A stretch of DNA of 64,000 nucleotides from Dysgonamonadaceae bacterium (GCA_031269685.1 JAISYU010000030.1:729-64728); one strand, 5' to 3'; shown: positions 39,770 to 49,914, counted from the stretch's first letter. Numbers and translations are program-made. The notes: generated from the sequence alone by a model not told the origin.

Positions 39770-41026
39770 ATGGCAATAAAGAATAAAGTTAAACTCGCCC
39801 TGATAGGCGCCGGCGGACGAGGCTCGGCTGTCATAAAGAATATGGTGCGCTGTACGGAAAATGTCGAAGTGAAGTATGTATGCGACGTGGATGACACCCG
39901 TGGCGGCGCAGTTATCCGGGAATTATCCAAAGACCAGGGCTATGAACCAATGCCGGTCCGCGATATGCGTGATGTATTCGCCGATAAAGATGTTGACGCC
40001 GCCGTAATTACTACTCCCGAACACTGGCATGCACTTGCTACCGTTTGGGCTTGCCGTGCGGGAAAAGATGTTTACGTGGAGAAAAATGTATGCCTGACAA
40101 CCGGAGAAGGATATGAAATGCTTGCCGCAGCAAAACAGAATAACTGCATAGTACAGTGCGGAACACAAAACCGTAGCGCCGATTACGCCTTTTCTGCACG
40201 CGATTATATCGCACAGGGTAAGCTCGGGGAAATTGTTACCGTAAAAGCGTACTGTATGCTCCCCGATTCCAGACCGTGGATACTGAAAGAAGACACCGAA
40301 ACTCCCGCAGGTCTCGACTGGGAAATGTGGCTCGGTCCTGCTCCACTCGTTCCCTACAATGTTTCACGACATAAGGGATGGTATGACTGGTGGGCGTACT
40401 CCGGAGGCGCCGCAATGACCGGTGACGCTTCGCATGTCATCGATCTCGCAAGGATGGTGCTCTGTGATCCCCCACTGCCCCGCAATGTGTTCTGCGCAGG
40501 AGGCAGAGTTATCTTTAACGATGAACGGGAAATCCCCGATAACCAGACTGCCGTATTTGATATGGGCAGTTATGTAATTAGCCTCGAATCTTCACAATAC
40601 GGTGGATACATGAAAAAAACACCGCATGAAGTGCGATTCGGCGATCGCTTCCCGGAATGGCGTAATAACTCTACCCGTATAGAGATTTACGGTACTAAGG
40701 GTGTAATGTTTGTCGGTCGGCACGGCGGAGGCTGGCAGGTGTTCGGGGGTGATAGTTTTGAAGTAGTCGCCCAAGGCATCGGATATTTCCCGGACGAAAA
40801 ACATCACCGCAATTTTATCGATTGCATACGCTCGCGCAAAAATCCGAATGCACCACTCGAACAGGGTATCCTGAGCGCGGCGATGGTTAACCTTGCTAAC
40901 CTGTCGTATAGAAGCGGTAAACGTTTGCTCGGAATCAATCCCATTACCGGCGCAATTACCGATAACGATGAGGCAGTAAGACTCGACAAAAAAGAACCTC
41001 GCAGTATATATACAATAAAACCGTAA
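39770..41026 (+). CDS. Gfo/Idh/MocA oxidoreductase, paralog without signal peptide
   Basis: LIGAGGRG within 10 residues of the start; TTPEHWH, YVEKN and GTQNRS motifs. Confidence 0.9.
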   Translation: MAIKNKVKLALIGAGGRGSAVIKNMVRCTENVEVKYVCDVDDTRGGAVIRELSKDQGYEPMPVRDMRDVFADKDVDAAVITTPEHWHALATVWACRAGKDVYVEKNVCLTTGEGYEMLAAAKQNNCIVQCGTQNRSADYAFSARDYIAQGKLGEIVTVKAYCMLPDSRPWILKEDTETPAGLDWEMWLGPAPLVPYNVSRHKGWYDWWAYSGGAAMTGDASHVIDLARMVLCDPPLPRNVFCAGGRVIFNDEREIPDNQTAVFDMGSYVISLESSQYGGYMKKTPHEVRFGDRFPEWRNNSTRIEIYGTKGVMFVGRHGGGWQVFGGDSFEVVAQGIGYFPDEKHHRNFIDCIRSRKNPNAPLEQGILSAAMVNLANLSYRSGKRLLGINPITGAITDNDEAVRLDKKEPRSIYTIKP

Positions 41027-41083
41027 CTCCGACGTTTATTACAAAGAATTAATGTTTAATATAAAAATGATAATAAAATAGTC

Positions 41084-43036
41084 ATGAAGAAGCATTTCTA
41101 TTTGATTCTTTTTCTGCTCGTGTCGCCATTCGCGACCAATGCACAAATTCAGGGCGATGACCCTGTAGTTATGACCGTTAACGGAAAAGATGTCCGTAAG
41201 TCGGAATTCCTTTACAGCTACGGTAAAAACAATACCGAGGAAACCGTCGAAAAGAAAACTATTGACGAGTATGCAGAGTTGTTTAAAAACTTCAAATTGT
41301 GGATTGCCGAAGGCGAAGCGCAGAAGATAGACACTACACAGGCTTTCCGTACGGAACTTGCCGATTACCGGGAACAGTTGGCAAAACCTTATCAAGAGGA
41401 ACTCAGCATTGATGAATCTCTCGTCCGTCAGGAATATGAGCGTATGGGACAGATAATCAAAATTAGCCATATTCTCCTCGCTTTTCCAGGTTATCCGAAT
41501 AACATCAAACCTCTTCCGTCAGATACCGTAGACCTTTACAAAAAAGCGCAGGATATTCAAAAGCAACTAAAAAAAGGTGAAAAATTCACCAATCTGGTTG
41601 ATAAATATTCCGACGACTCACGGAGCAAAGCACAAGGTGGCACAATAGGCTGGTTTTCCGGTATGAACCTCAATTATCAATTTGAACAGGGGGCGTTTAG
41701 TGTTCCTGAGGGAAAAGCAGGTATAATACGTACCAACTGGGGGTATCATATATTGAGGGTTGACGAAAAACAACCGTACCAAGGCGAATATCACGTTGCA
41801 CATATCCTTGTCAGGGTAGATAAACATGCGGATACGGTAAAAGTCGCCGATGCGGAAAAGAAAGTTCTGGAAGCGTATGATAAAGTTGCGGGAGGAGCAA
41901 ATTTCGGCGAAATTGCCAAAGAGTATTCCGATGATAACAAAACGCCTGAGGGTGATCTTGGATGGATTGATCTCCATCGTACCGTTCCTGAATTCTGGAA
42001 TACTGTTAAAAAAATGAAGGAAGACGAAATATCTCGTCCTTTCCGTACCGATTTTGGATTTCATGTGGTAAAGCTACTCGAAACAAAAGAGCCTGCTTCT
42101 TATGAAGAAAAAAAGCCAATTATAGAAGATATGTTTTCCAATTACGGCTATTTTATCCCGTTACACCGCCATGCTATTGAACAATTGAAACGGAAATATG
42201 ATCTCCGAAAGAATGAAACTTCTTATCGGAATCTACAAGAACTCGCTAAAACAATATACCCTTCCGAGACAGAATATTATGATGCTGTTAGTAACGATGA
42301 TAATGAGTTGTTTAGTCTTAAGAGTAAATCTTTTACTATTGCCGATTTTGCCGAATATCTGAAAGCAAACAGTCAATCACCGTACAAACTCTCAACCGAA
42401 TTTCTTACAGACCGTTTGGAAAATTATGAATATTACATAATTAGTAAGGAAAAGGCAGCAACCCTCGAAAATGAATATCCTGAATTTCGCAATCTTATGC
42501 AAGAATATCGTGACGGAATAATTCTTTTTGAGGTAAAAAATCGCGAAATATGGGATAAGGCATCTACCGATTCGGCTGGATTGGCTGACTTCCTTGCCGC
42601 AAACCGCGAAAAATATGCTTGGGATTCGCCTCGTTTTAAGGGTTATGTTGTTTTGACAAAGGACGCAAAGACTACAAAGCAGATTCGGAAACAAACCACC
42701 AAAATGCAGCCGGAAGAAGCTGTTAGGTATGCTCTCGAAAATTTCAAGGTAGGCGAGGTAGAATATGTGAAGGTCGAAAAGGGCTTGTTTGCCAAAGGTG
42801 AAAATGCTTTTGTGGACCAGAAAATTTTCAAATCGGGCAAAGCCGAATTTCCGGAAAATTTCGGTGACTTTTTCCTGATAGGAAAAACTCTGAATCTTCC
42901 TGAATCACCGGAGGATGTTAAAAGTCAAATTATTACCGACTATCAGGACTATCTTGAGAAAATCTGGATAAAACGCCTTAATGAAAATTATTCGGTGAAA
43001 ATATATCAGGAAGTCCTTAAGTCAATTTATAATTAA
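41084..43036 (+). CDS. Periplasmic PpiC-type peptidyl-prolyl isomerase with two rotamase domains
   Basis: SHILL...YSDD..GGTIGW...WGYHILRV and AHILV...YSDD..GDLGW...FGFHVVK. Confidence 0.88.
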   Translation: MKKHFYLILFLLVSPFATNAQIQGDDPVVMTVNGKDVRKSEFLYSYGKNNTEETVEKKTIDEYAELFKNFKLWIAEGEAQKIDTTQAFRTELADYREQLAKPYQEELSIDESLVRQEYERMGQIIKISHILLAFPGYPNNIKPLPSDTVDLYKKAQDIQKQLKKGEKFTNLVDKYSDDSRSKAQGGTIGWFSGMNLNYQFEQGAFSVPEGKAGIIRTNWGYHILRVDEKQPYQGEYHVAHILVRVDKHADTVKVADAEKKVLEAYDKVAGGANFGEIAKEYSDDNKTPEGDLGWIDLHRTVPEFWNTVKKMKEDEISRPFRTDFGFHVVKLLETKEPASYEEKKPIIEDMFSNYGYFIPLHRHAIEQLKRKYDLRKNETSYRNLQELAKTIYPSETEYYDAVSNDDNELFSLKSKSFTIADFAEYLKANSQSPYKLSTEFLTDRLENYEYYIISKEKAATLENEYPEFRNLMQEYRDGIILFEVKNREIWDKASTDSAGLADFLAANREKYAWDSPRFKGYVVLTKDAKTTKQIRKQTTKMQPEEAVRYALENFKVGEVEYVKVEKGLFAKGENAFVDQKIFKSGKAEFPENFGDFFLIGKTLNLPESPEDVKSQIITDYQDYLEKIWIKRLNENYSVKIYQEVLKSIYN

Positions 43037-43040
43037 TAGT

Positions 43041-43511
43041 TTGCAAAAAAATATTTTGATTGACTTAAGGGTAATATTTGGTTTCATTGCCGTGTTTTTT
43101 CTGCTCGTTTCGTGTAGCATCGAAACAACGGATGAGATACCGATAGCTAAAGTCGGAAATTCGGTTTTATATCGCTATGAATTGGAACAGAATATACCGC
43201 AGGGATTATCACCAAATGACAGTACCATTGCAGTTGAACATTTTATCCGCCGCTGGATTACCGATGCGTTGGTGTATGATATTGCCCGGAAGAATGTCCG
43301 CGATATAGACCAAATTAATATGATGGTTGAGCGTTATCGGCGTTCGTTGCTCATTTTCCGTTATCAGGAACAACTGCTCAATGAGCGTTTCAAAGGCAAT
43401 GCTGCGGATTCTGCATTTTTTGAGAAAAGAAACGAATTTATGCGGAAAACGGAAAACGAAATATATGAGCGGGCTCTTAACAGGGGAGAAATACAGTTAT
43501 ACAAGGATTAA
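43041..43511 (+). CDS. Short lipoprotein of the ppiC-surA cluster, 156 aa
   Basis: TTG start; LVSC lipobox; IAKVGNSVLY..EL...DS..AVEHFIRRW. Confidence 0.65.
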   Translation: MQKNILIDLRVIFGFIAVFFLLVSCSIETTDEIPIAKVGNSVLYRYELEQNIPQGLSPNDSTIAVEHFIRRWITDALVYDIARKNVRDIDQINMMVERYRRSLLIFRYQEQLLNERFKGNAADSAFFEKRNEFMRKTENEIYERALNRGEIQLYKD

Positions 43512-43581
43512 AAAAAAGTCTCCAACATTGCTTTTTGCCGAATTTATCGTACTTTTGCAGTCAGAATAACAATTTCAAAAG

Positions 43582-44958
43582 ATGAAAAGATTTTTAGTTA
43601 CATGCTTCCTGGTGATCTGTAGTTTGTTGGTTGCCGTAGCACAAGAGAATACCGTAGATCAGGTTATATGGGTAGTTGGTGACGATGCTATACTGCTGTC
43701 TGACGTTGAATACATGCGTCTTCAGATGCAAACATTCCGTCAAGAAATCAATGGAGATCCATATTGTAAGATTCCCGAACAGATTGCTATACAAAAACTG
43801 TTTCTACATCAGGCGAAAATAGACAGTATTGATGTACCTGATTCAAATGTATTTCAATATGTTGAGCAAAAACTCAATAACGATATAAGAAATGCCGGTT
43901 CGCAGGAAAAACTTGAAGAATGGCTTGGTAAAACCATTAATCAGTACCGTGACGAACTGCGGGTGTCGGTTAAAGAGCAGTTTCTTGTACAGAAGATGCA
44001 AAGTACTTTGGTTGAGAATGTAAAGGTAACTCCTTCGGAAGTAAGAACCTTCTTTAAACGTATTCCACAGGATAGTTTGCCATATATTCCCACTACGGTT
44101 GAAGTGGAAGTTATTACTTTTGAGCCGAAAGTCTCGCTCGAAGAAATAGACGACATTAAGCGAAAATTGCGCGAATACACCGAGCAGGTTACTAAAGGCG
44201 AAAAACCGTTTTCTGCTCTTGCCCGTCTTTATTCGCAAGACAAAGGTTCGGCGCCTTTCGGTGGAGAACTTGGGTTTCGTGGCAAAGGGCAGTTTATTCC
44301 CGAATTTGCTGCTGTAGCCTTCGATATGAATGATCCGAAACGAGTTTCACGAATTGTGGAAACAGAATATGGTTTTCATATTATTCAACTTATTGAAAAG
44401 CGCGGCGACCGCATTAATTGCCGGCATATTCTTCTCAAACCTTATGTTGCCCCTGAAGAGCTTGAAGAGTCGAAGTTAAGACTGGATACTTTGCGCAATA
44501 GCGTTATTGAAGGCAAACTTACTTTTGAAGAAGCGGCTGGATTCTATTCACATGATCGTGATACGCGCAACAGCAAAGGACTTATGGTCAATACTTCACA
44601 AGATGAAAGCCTGGTCTCGGAACGTACCGGAACTTCGCGTTTTGAGATGGACGAACTTCCTCCCGAAATCGGTAAAACTATTAATACGATGCAGGTCGGT
44701 GACGTTTCAAAACCGTTTATCCTGCTTAATAAGCGGGGTAAGGAAGTTGCCGCCATAGTCAAACTCAAGTCGCGAATATCGGGTCATAAGGCGAGCCTTA
44801 CCGAAGATTTTCAGGCTCTCAAGTCAATGGTTATAAATGAAAAGCAGGACAAGGTTATCAGCGAATGGATCGACAAAAAAATTAAAGAAACCTACGTTCG
44901 TATTAACGACAACTGGAAAAACTGCGACTTTGAACACGAGGGATGGGTACAGAAATAG
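43582..44958 (+). CDS. surA: SurA-like peptidyl-prolyl isomerase
   Basis: DQVIWVVGDDAILLSDVE, ARLYSQDKGSA..GGELG, TEYGFHIIQL and CRHILLKP motifs; promoter TACTTTTG at 43550-43557. Confidence 0.8.
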   Translation: MKRFLVTCFLVICSLLVAVAQENTVDQVIWVVGDDAILLSDVEYMRLQMQTFRQEINGDPYCKIPEQIAIQKLFLHQAKIDSIDVPDSNVFQYVEQKLNNDIRNAGSQEKLEEWLGKTINQYRDELRVSVKEQFLVQKMQSTLVENVKVTPSEVRTFFKRIPQDSLPYIPTTVEVEVITFEPKVSLEEIDDIKRKLREYTEQVTKGEKPFSALARLYSQDKGSAPFGGELGFRGKGQFIPEFAAVAFDMNDPKRVSRIVETEYGFHIIQLIEKRGDRINCRHILLKPYVAPEELEESKLRLDTLRNSVIEGKLTFEEAAGFYSHDRDTRNSKGLMVNTSQDESLVSERTGTSRFEMDELPPEIGKTINTMQVGDVSKPFILLNKRGKEVAAIVKLKSRISGHKASLTEDFQALKSMVINEKQDKVISEWIDKKIKETYVRINDNWKNCDFEHEGWVQK

Positions 44959-44995
44959 GGTTACCTGTCGTTACGATACTCTGTTTAAATTATTG

Positions 44996-46642
44996 ATGAC
45001 GGGATTCACAAATAAGACTCTTTATACTGCGGGCTTCATTTGCCTGGTTGTTATCTTTGCTTTTCCTGCCTTTTCACAGGAATCGCAACAAGAACAGGGA
45101 AAGGCGACTCGTATCATAGTTGAACACGCTGATTCTTCTCTCGTTCCCAAAGAGTTTGATTTCAAGGTACAAATCTTAATGGACAGTGTAGTTTTTCGTC
45201 ATGACGATGCTACGATGTTTTGTGACAGTGCACGTCTCAACAGTTTGGATAATACGCTTGATGCTTATGGGCGTATTGTTATGAATCAGGGAGATACTTT
45301 GATAATAAGGGGAGATTATCTCCGTTATGATGCTAACGAAAAGATTGCCAGGCTACGTCATAACGTTATTATGGAAAATGGGGAGGTTACACTCACGACC
45401 GATAGTTTTGATTACGATCGCGAACTTAACATTGGCTTTTATTTTGGGGGTGGTATGCTGGTTGATTCGTTGAATGTGTTAACTTCTGACTACGGGGAAT
45501 ATTCGCCTGAGACAAAGATGGCGGTGTTTATAGACCGAATAGATTCCGTACATCTTGAAAACAGGACTGATAATTTTATTTTGACGACCGATTCGCTTGA
45601 GTATAATACCGAAACAAAGATAGCATGTTTTGTCAGCCGCACTACCATTGTTTCTGATAGTGGTTATATTTTTTCGGACGATGGTTGGTATAATACTGAC
45701 AGTGGGTATTCTGTTTTGTATAACCGTTCCATAGTTACTTCAAGGGATGGGTCGAAACATATCACTGCTGACTCGTTGCATTACGACCGTACGAATAACT
45801 ACACTGAGGCTTTCGGCAACATGTTTCTCAATGACACACTCAGGAAGGCTATTATCACGGGCAATTATGGATTTTACGAAGGGGTTACCGAACATGCTTT
45901 TGCCACTGATTCTGCTCGGTTGATTGAGTATTCACAGGGGGATTCGCTTTACTTACATGCAGATACGCTGTTTATGTTGACTGTTGATACTGTCAGGGAA
46001 ATTATAGCCTATCATGGTGTTCGCTTTTACAGGACGGATTTTCAGGGAGTTTGTGATTCGATGTATTTCAATACTAAGGACTCTACGCTTTCGCTTTACC
46101 GTGATCCTGTGATATGGAACGCAGGTTATCAAATATTTGGCGACACTATCCACATTCTTATGAACGACAGCACGGTGGAGAAGATGACGGTCAGAGACTT
46201 TTCCTTTGCTGTCCAGGAGGTTGACACTGCTCATCATAACCAGTTAAAAGGTAAGATAATGACTGCTTTTTTTCGTGCGGGAGAAGTCTATCTGTTGGAT
46301 GTTGAGGGCAGTGCTGAGTCGCTTTATTATCCGATAGACGAAAAGGATGGGTCATATATCGGACTTTTGCGGACAGTTGGCAGTTATATTACCTTTGACA
46401 TCGCCAATCGCAAGCCTGTACGCATCAAATGGACCGACGAGACTGACATGAAAATGCTACCGATTCCTGATTTGACGCGCAAGGACAAATTTCTTCAGGG
46501 ATATGTGAATTTCGATTACCTTCGTCCGAAAGATAAATCGGACATTTTCTTTCGTGTTGAGATGAAGACGGAAGACAAGCATGAACCTGAGAAGCGTAAG
46601 TCGAGGAGGTCGGGAAGCATCCGGCGGGAGGAAAATAATTAA
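44996..46642 (+). CDS. OstA-like (LptA/LptD N-terminal) protein
   Basis: Likely ATG 44996 with signal peptide; FRHDDATMFCDSA, MNQGDTLII.GD, repeated ADSL/ADTL beta-jellyroll segments, QGVCDS. Confidence 0.85.
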   Translation: MTGFTNKTLYTAGFICLVVIFAFPAFSQESQQEQGKATRIIVEHADSSLVPKEFDFKVQILMDSVVFRHDDATMFCDSARLNSLDNTLDAYGRIVMNQGDTLIIRGDYLRYDANEKIARLRHNVIMENGEVTLTTDSFDYDRELNIGFYFGGGMLVDSLNVLTSDYGEYSPETKMAVFIDRIDSVHLENRTDNFILTTDSLEYNTETKIACFVSRTTIVSDSGYIFSDDGWYNTDSGYSVLYNRSIVTSRDGSKHITADSLHYDRTNNYTEAFGNMFLNDTLRKAIITGNYGFYEGVTEHAFATDSARLIEYSQGDSLYLHADTLFMLTVDTVREIIAYHGVRFYRTDFQGVCDSMYFNTKDSTLSLYRDPVIWNAGYQIFGDTIHILMNDSTVEKMTVRDFSFAVQEVDTAHHNQLKGKIMTAFFRAGEVYLLDVEGSAESLYYPIDEKDGSYIGLLRTVGSYITFDIANRKPVRIKWTDETDMKMLPIPDLTRKDKFLQGYVNFDYLRPKDKSDIFFRVEMKTEDKHEPEKRKSRRSGSIRREENN

Positions 46643-46660
46643 TAACGAAAGAATAATACA

Positions 46661-47854
46661 ATGCCTAAAATTTCAGAACGCGGGATTGAAATGCCTGCAT
46701 CGCCAATCAGGAAACTTGCTCCGTTGTCGGATTCGGCGAAAGCGAGAGGGTTAAAAGTCTATCATCTTAACATTGGACAGCCGGATATTCCGACGCCTCC
46801 GGTTGCTTTGGACGCGGTACGCAATATTGACCGCCGGATACTTGAATACAGTCCGAGTAATGGATTCCGCAGTTACAGGGAGAGGCTTGTGCATTACTAC
46901 TCAAAGTTTAAGATTAACGTCAGTGCGGACGATATAATCATCACGACGGGTGGTTCGGAGGCGGTACTTTTCGCCTTCATGGCATGTCTTAATCCGGGAG
47001 ACGAAATAATCGTACCAGAGCCTGCGTATGCGAATTACATGGCGTTTGCTATTTCAGCCGGTGCGGTTATAAGGACTGTAGTTGCGGACATTGAGAATGG
47101 CTTTGCGTTACCGCCGATTGAAGATTTCGAGGCATTAATTAACGAACGCACTAAGGGGATATTGATATGCAATCCTAACAATCCGACCGGCTATTTGTAC
47201 ACTCGCAAGGAGATGAATAAGATTCGCGACCTGGTAAAGAAGTACGACCTGTACCTTTTTTCCGACGAGGTTTACCGTGAGTTTATATACACTAACTCAC
47301 CGTACATCAGCGCTTACCATTTAACGGGAATAGATGACAACGTGGTCTTAATCGACTCGGTATCGAAGCGGTACAGCGAGTGTGGAATACGCGAAGGGAT
47401 GCTTATAACGCGCAACAGGGAGTTATATCGGACAGTGATGAAGTTTTGTCAGGCACGGTTAAGCCCACCGTTGCTTGGGCAAATCGTAGCGGAGGCATCG
47501 CTTGACACTTCTCCTGACTACATGCAGGATGTATATGATGAATATCTTGCGAGGCGTAATTTTCTTATAGACTCTCTCAACAAGATACCGGGCGTGTATT
47601 CGCCGATACCTATGGGTGCGTTTTACACTATCGCCCGTTTACCTGTCGACGACGCTGATAAGTTCTGCGAATGGTGTCTTTCGGACTTTGAATATGACGG
47701 TCAGACTATCTTTATGGCGCCTGCTTCCGGTTTCTACACACATCCGGGACTTGGACGGAACGAGGTGCGCATCGCTTACGTATTGAAGAAGGAGGAACTT
47801 CAGAAAGCGATGACAGTTTTGGAAAAGGCGTTGGAGGAATATAACAGGAAATAA
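46661..47854 (+). CDS. PLP-dependent class I aminotransferase
   Basis: SPIRKLAP, LNIGQPD, NPNNPTG, SDEVYREF and DSVSKRYSECG motifs. Confidence 0.92.
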   Translation: MPKISERGIEMPASPIRKLAPLSDSAKARGLKVYHLNIGQPDIPTPPVALDAVRNIDRRILEYSPSNGFRSYRERLVHYYSKFKINVSADDIIITTGGSEAVLFAFMACLNPGDEIIVPEPAYANYMAFAISAGAVIRTVVADIENGFALPPIEDFEALINERTKGILICNPNNPTGYLYTRKEMNKIRDLVKKYDLYLFSDEVYREFIYTNSPYISAYHLTGIDDNVVLIDSVSKRYSECGIREGMLITRNRELYRTVMKFCQARLSPPLLGQIVAEASLDTSPDYMQDVYDEYLARRNFLIDSLNKIPGVYSPIPMGAFYTIARLPVDDADKFCEWCLSDFEYDGQTIFMAPASGFYTHPGLGRNEVRIAYVLKKEELQKAMTVLEKALEEYNRK

Positions 47855-47944
47855 CAAAAGCAGACTGTTTCCAAACAAAATCCTGGCAATTTCGGCTTAT
47901 TTTATAGCATCCGGTGTAATAACTGCATTTTTTCCGCAAAGCGT

Positions 47945-47975
47945 GTTGCTTGTTTCAAAAAAGTATGTAACTTTG
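47945..47975 (+). promoter_or_regulatory. Primary-sigma promoter of the repeat-ORF/FISUMP cassette
   Basis: GTTG(47945-47948)-N19-TAACTTTG(47968-47975). Confidence 0.65.
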
Positions 47976-47983
47976 CAATCGCT

Positions 47984-48370
47984 ATGAATACAAAAGTAAT
48001 ATATAGCATAGGGAAGAGGACGCAGGATACGGAAAAATATCCGACAGAATATTACATTTCCACATACCTGAAAAGAAATATGGAAGGGACTCCTTGCGTG
48101 ACTAAAGGGACTCCTTGCGTGACTAAAGGGACTCCTTGCGTGACCGAAGGAACTCCTTGCGTGACTAAAGGAACTCCTTGCGTGACCGAAGGAACTCCTT
48201 GCGTGACGGAAGGAACTCCTTGCGTGACGGAAGGAACTCCTTGCGCGACGGAAGGAACTCCTTGCGTGACTAAAGGGACTCCTTGCGTGACCGAAGGAAC
48301 TCCTTGCGTGACTAAAGGGACTCCTTGCGCGACGGAAGGAACTCCTTTACACCGGAAAATCTGTTGGTAA
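47984..48370 (+). CDS. Putative Gly/Cys heptad-repeat peptide (upstream ORF), 128 aa
   Basis: ATG 8 nt after the -7 element; 12 x (E/K)GTPC(V/A)T; stops 92 nt before the 48463 gene. Expression unproven. Confidence 0.45.
   Translation: MNTKVIYSIGKRTQDTEKYPTEYYISTYLKRNMEGTPCVTKGTPCVTKGTPCVTEGTPCVTKGTPCVTEGTPCVTEGTPCVTEGTPCATEGTPCVTKGTPCVTEGTPCVTKGTPCATEGTPLHRKICW
48083..48347. repeat. 12.6 x 21-bp array, consensus (G/A)AAGG(A/G)ACTCCTTGCG(T/C)GAC(T/C/G)
   Basis: Read directly; the consensus unit contains the dyad AAGGA-N2-TCCTT. Confidence 0.97.
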
Positions 48371-48462
48371 TAAGTCTTTAATGTCCTTAAAGTCTTGAAA
48401 TTCCTTACGGGAGAGACAAGAAATAAACAAAACAATACATAACAAAATTAATTATTACAAAA

Positions 48463-49914
48463 ATGAGAAGTGCTTTTTTTACATTCATGGTACTTTTAAT
48501 CCTGAGCGCAGGCGTCACAAAGGCGCAAATAACAGTAGGATCGTCAATTTCTCCACAGAGTTTCTCGGTCTTGGAAATGATAAGCAACGGTGAACGCGGG
48601 TTACGACTGCCTCAATTAACCGGCGCCCAGCGGGAAACCCTCACTGCGCAACTGAAATCTCTTACTGTAGCAAATGCGGCAAAAGCAGAAGGATTGCAGA
48701 TTTTTAATACGACTACTTTCTGTGTCGAAACGTGGAACGGTACGAAATGGATTGCCTCATGTGCAGACAATCCTGACCCATGGATAGAAATTCCCCTGCC
48801 AGATCCCGGATGCAACGAGCCTGTCCCTCCGGTGCGCTTCGCAAGATCCAACCTCGGAGCAGACCCTGCCCTCAATACTCCGAAGAAGCAGTTGGAATAT
48901 CTTGCTACTCATCCTTTTGACCCTGAAGATGCCCGCGTCTACGGAGGGCATTTCCAGTGGGGGCGCAAAGACCATGAGCATACGCTCGATGGTACATCTT
49001 TTAGGAGGTACAGTGTCACAGAAGACCCTGTATCAGTATACACCCCTGAGAATGGGTGGGAATGGACATGGGATGGTGGTGGCGGAAACAAGACTGCAAT
49101 TGACGTAAATGGACAGCCTGACGGCGATGCTGCCGGCAAGTTTGTTTATGGGGATTATCTAATAGATAACGAATGGAACTGGTATCCTGACTTGACCAGT
49201 GTCCAGGCAGATACCCTTTGGGGTAACGGTTATCCGACAAACTATGATTTTTTAACTGCCGATGGCGGATCTATTCCTTATACGAATACATTTGGGATAC
49301 TCGGATATTACCAAAAGCCTCATAAGACCATCAATGACCCGTGCCCTGCGGGATTCCGTGTTCCGACGCAGGATGAATGGGAGCGGCTGGGTAATTATGA
49401 CTGTAATCCTTCATTTGCGGAAACAAATGGTGCTACATCGAATATTAACGGAGTCGTGACGCCTGTTAACAGCGATCCGACGGTAGAAAGTTTTATGTGG
49501 GTTCCTGTTGTATGCAGTAACAGTACCGGTAAATGTGTCCCGAACAAAGACTGGTCAATACTGTCGGGTCAGGAGACTGCTTCCGGTTATGTTATTTATA
49601 CCAAATATGTGTGGGAGAATGCCGGCAGCGAGTACAAAAAGATTGATGGAACAGGTCGTTCCCTTCATGAAGCCAGCGCTCCCGAACCGGTGATATTCCT
49701 TCCTTCGGCAGGGTTACGAGATAATGTCTCGTCCGGTCCGACGCTTGCTACCGGACTTGACGGAAGGTACTGGAGCAGTACGATCGCAATAGGCAGTATA
49801 AATAGCCAACCCGTCGATGTCTCTTACGCACTGTATTTCACCAGTGACTACATATTCACTAACGGCGCCGGATACCGGTGTGCGGGTCTTAGCGTGCGCT
49901 GCGTGGCGGAATAA
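48463..49914 (+). CDS. Secreted protein with C-terminal FISUMP (Fibrobacter major paralogous)-like domain, 483 aa
   Basis: Signal peptide; GLRLPQL...GLQIFNTT N-terminal module; FQWGRK, DPCPAGFRVPT..EW, FLPSAG, YWSST and terminal GLSVRCV motifs. Confidence 0.75.
   Translation: MRSAFFTFMVLLILSAGVTKAQITVGSSISPQSFSVLEMISNGERGLRLPQLTGAQRETLTAQLKSLTVANAAKAEGLQIFNTTTFCVETWNGTKWIASCADNPDPWIEIPLPDPGCNEPVPPVRFARSNLGADPALNTPKKQLEYLATHPFDPEDARVYGGHFQWGRKDHEHTLDGTSFRRYSVTEDPVSVYTPENGWEWTWDGGGGNKTAIDVNGQPDGDAAGKFVYGDYLIDNEWNWYPDLTSVQADTLWGNGYPTNYDFLTADGGSIPYTNTFGILGYYQKPHKTINDPCPAGFRVPTQDEWERLGNYDCNPSFAETNGATSNINGVVTPVNSDPTVESFMWVPVVCSNSTGKCVPNKDWSILSGQETASGYVIYTKYVWENAGSEYKKIDGTGRSLHEASAPEPVIFLPSAGLRDNVSSGPTLATGLDGRYWSSTIAIGSINSQPVDVSYALYFTSDYIFTNGAGYRCAGLSVRCVAE

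Noticed and set aside
48463-49914. Diversity-generating retroelement target (C-terminal lectin-like FISUMP domain)
   Set aside because: I found no second copy of the 3' region (template repeat) and no reverse transcriptase in the window. A remote DGR acting in trans cannot be excluded.
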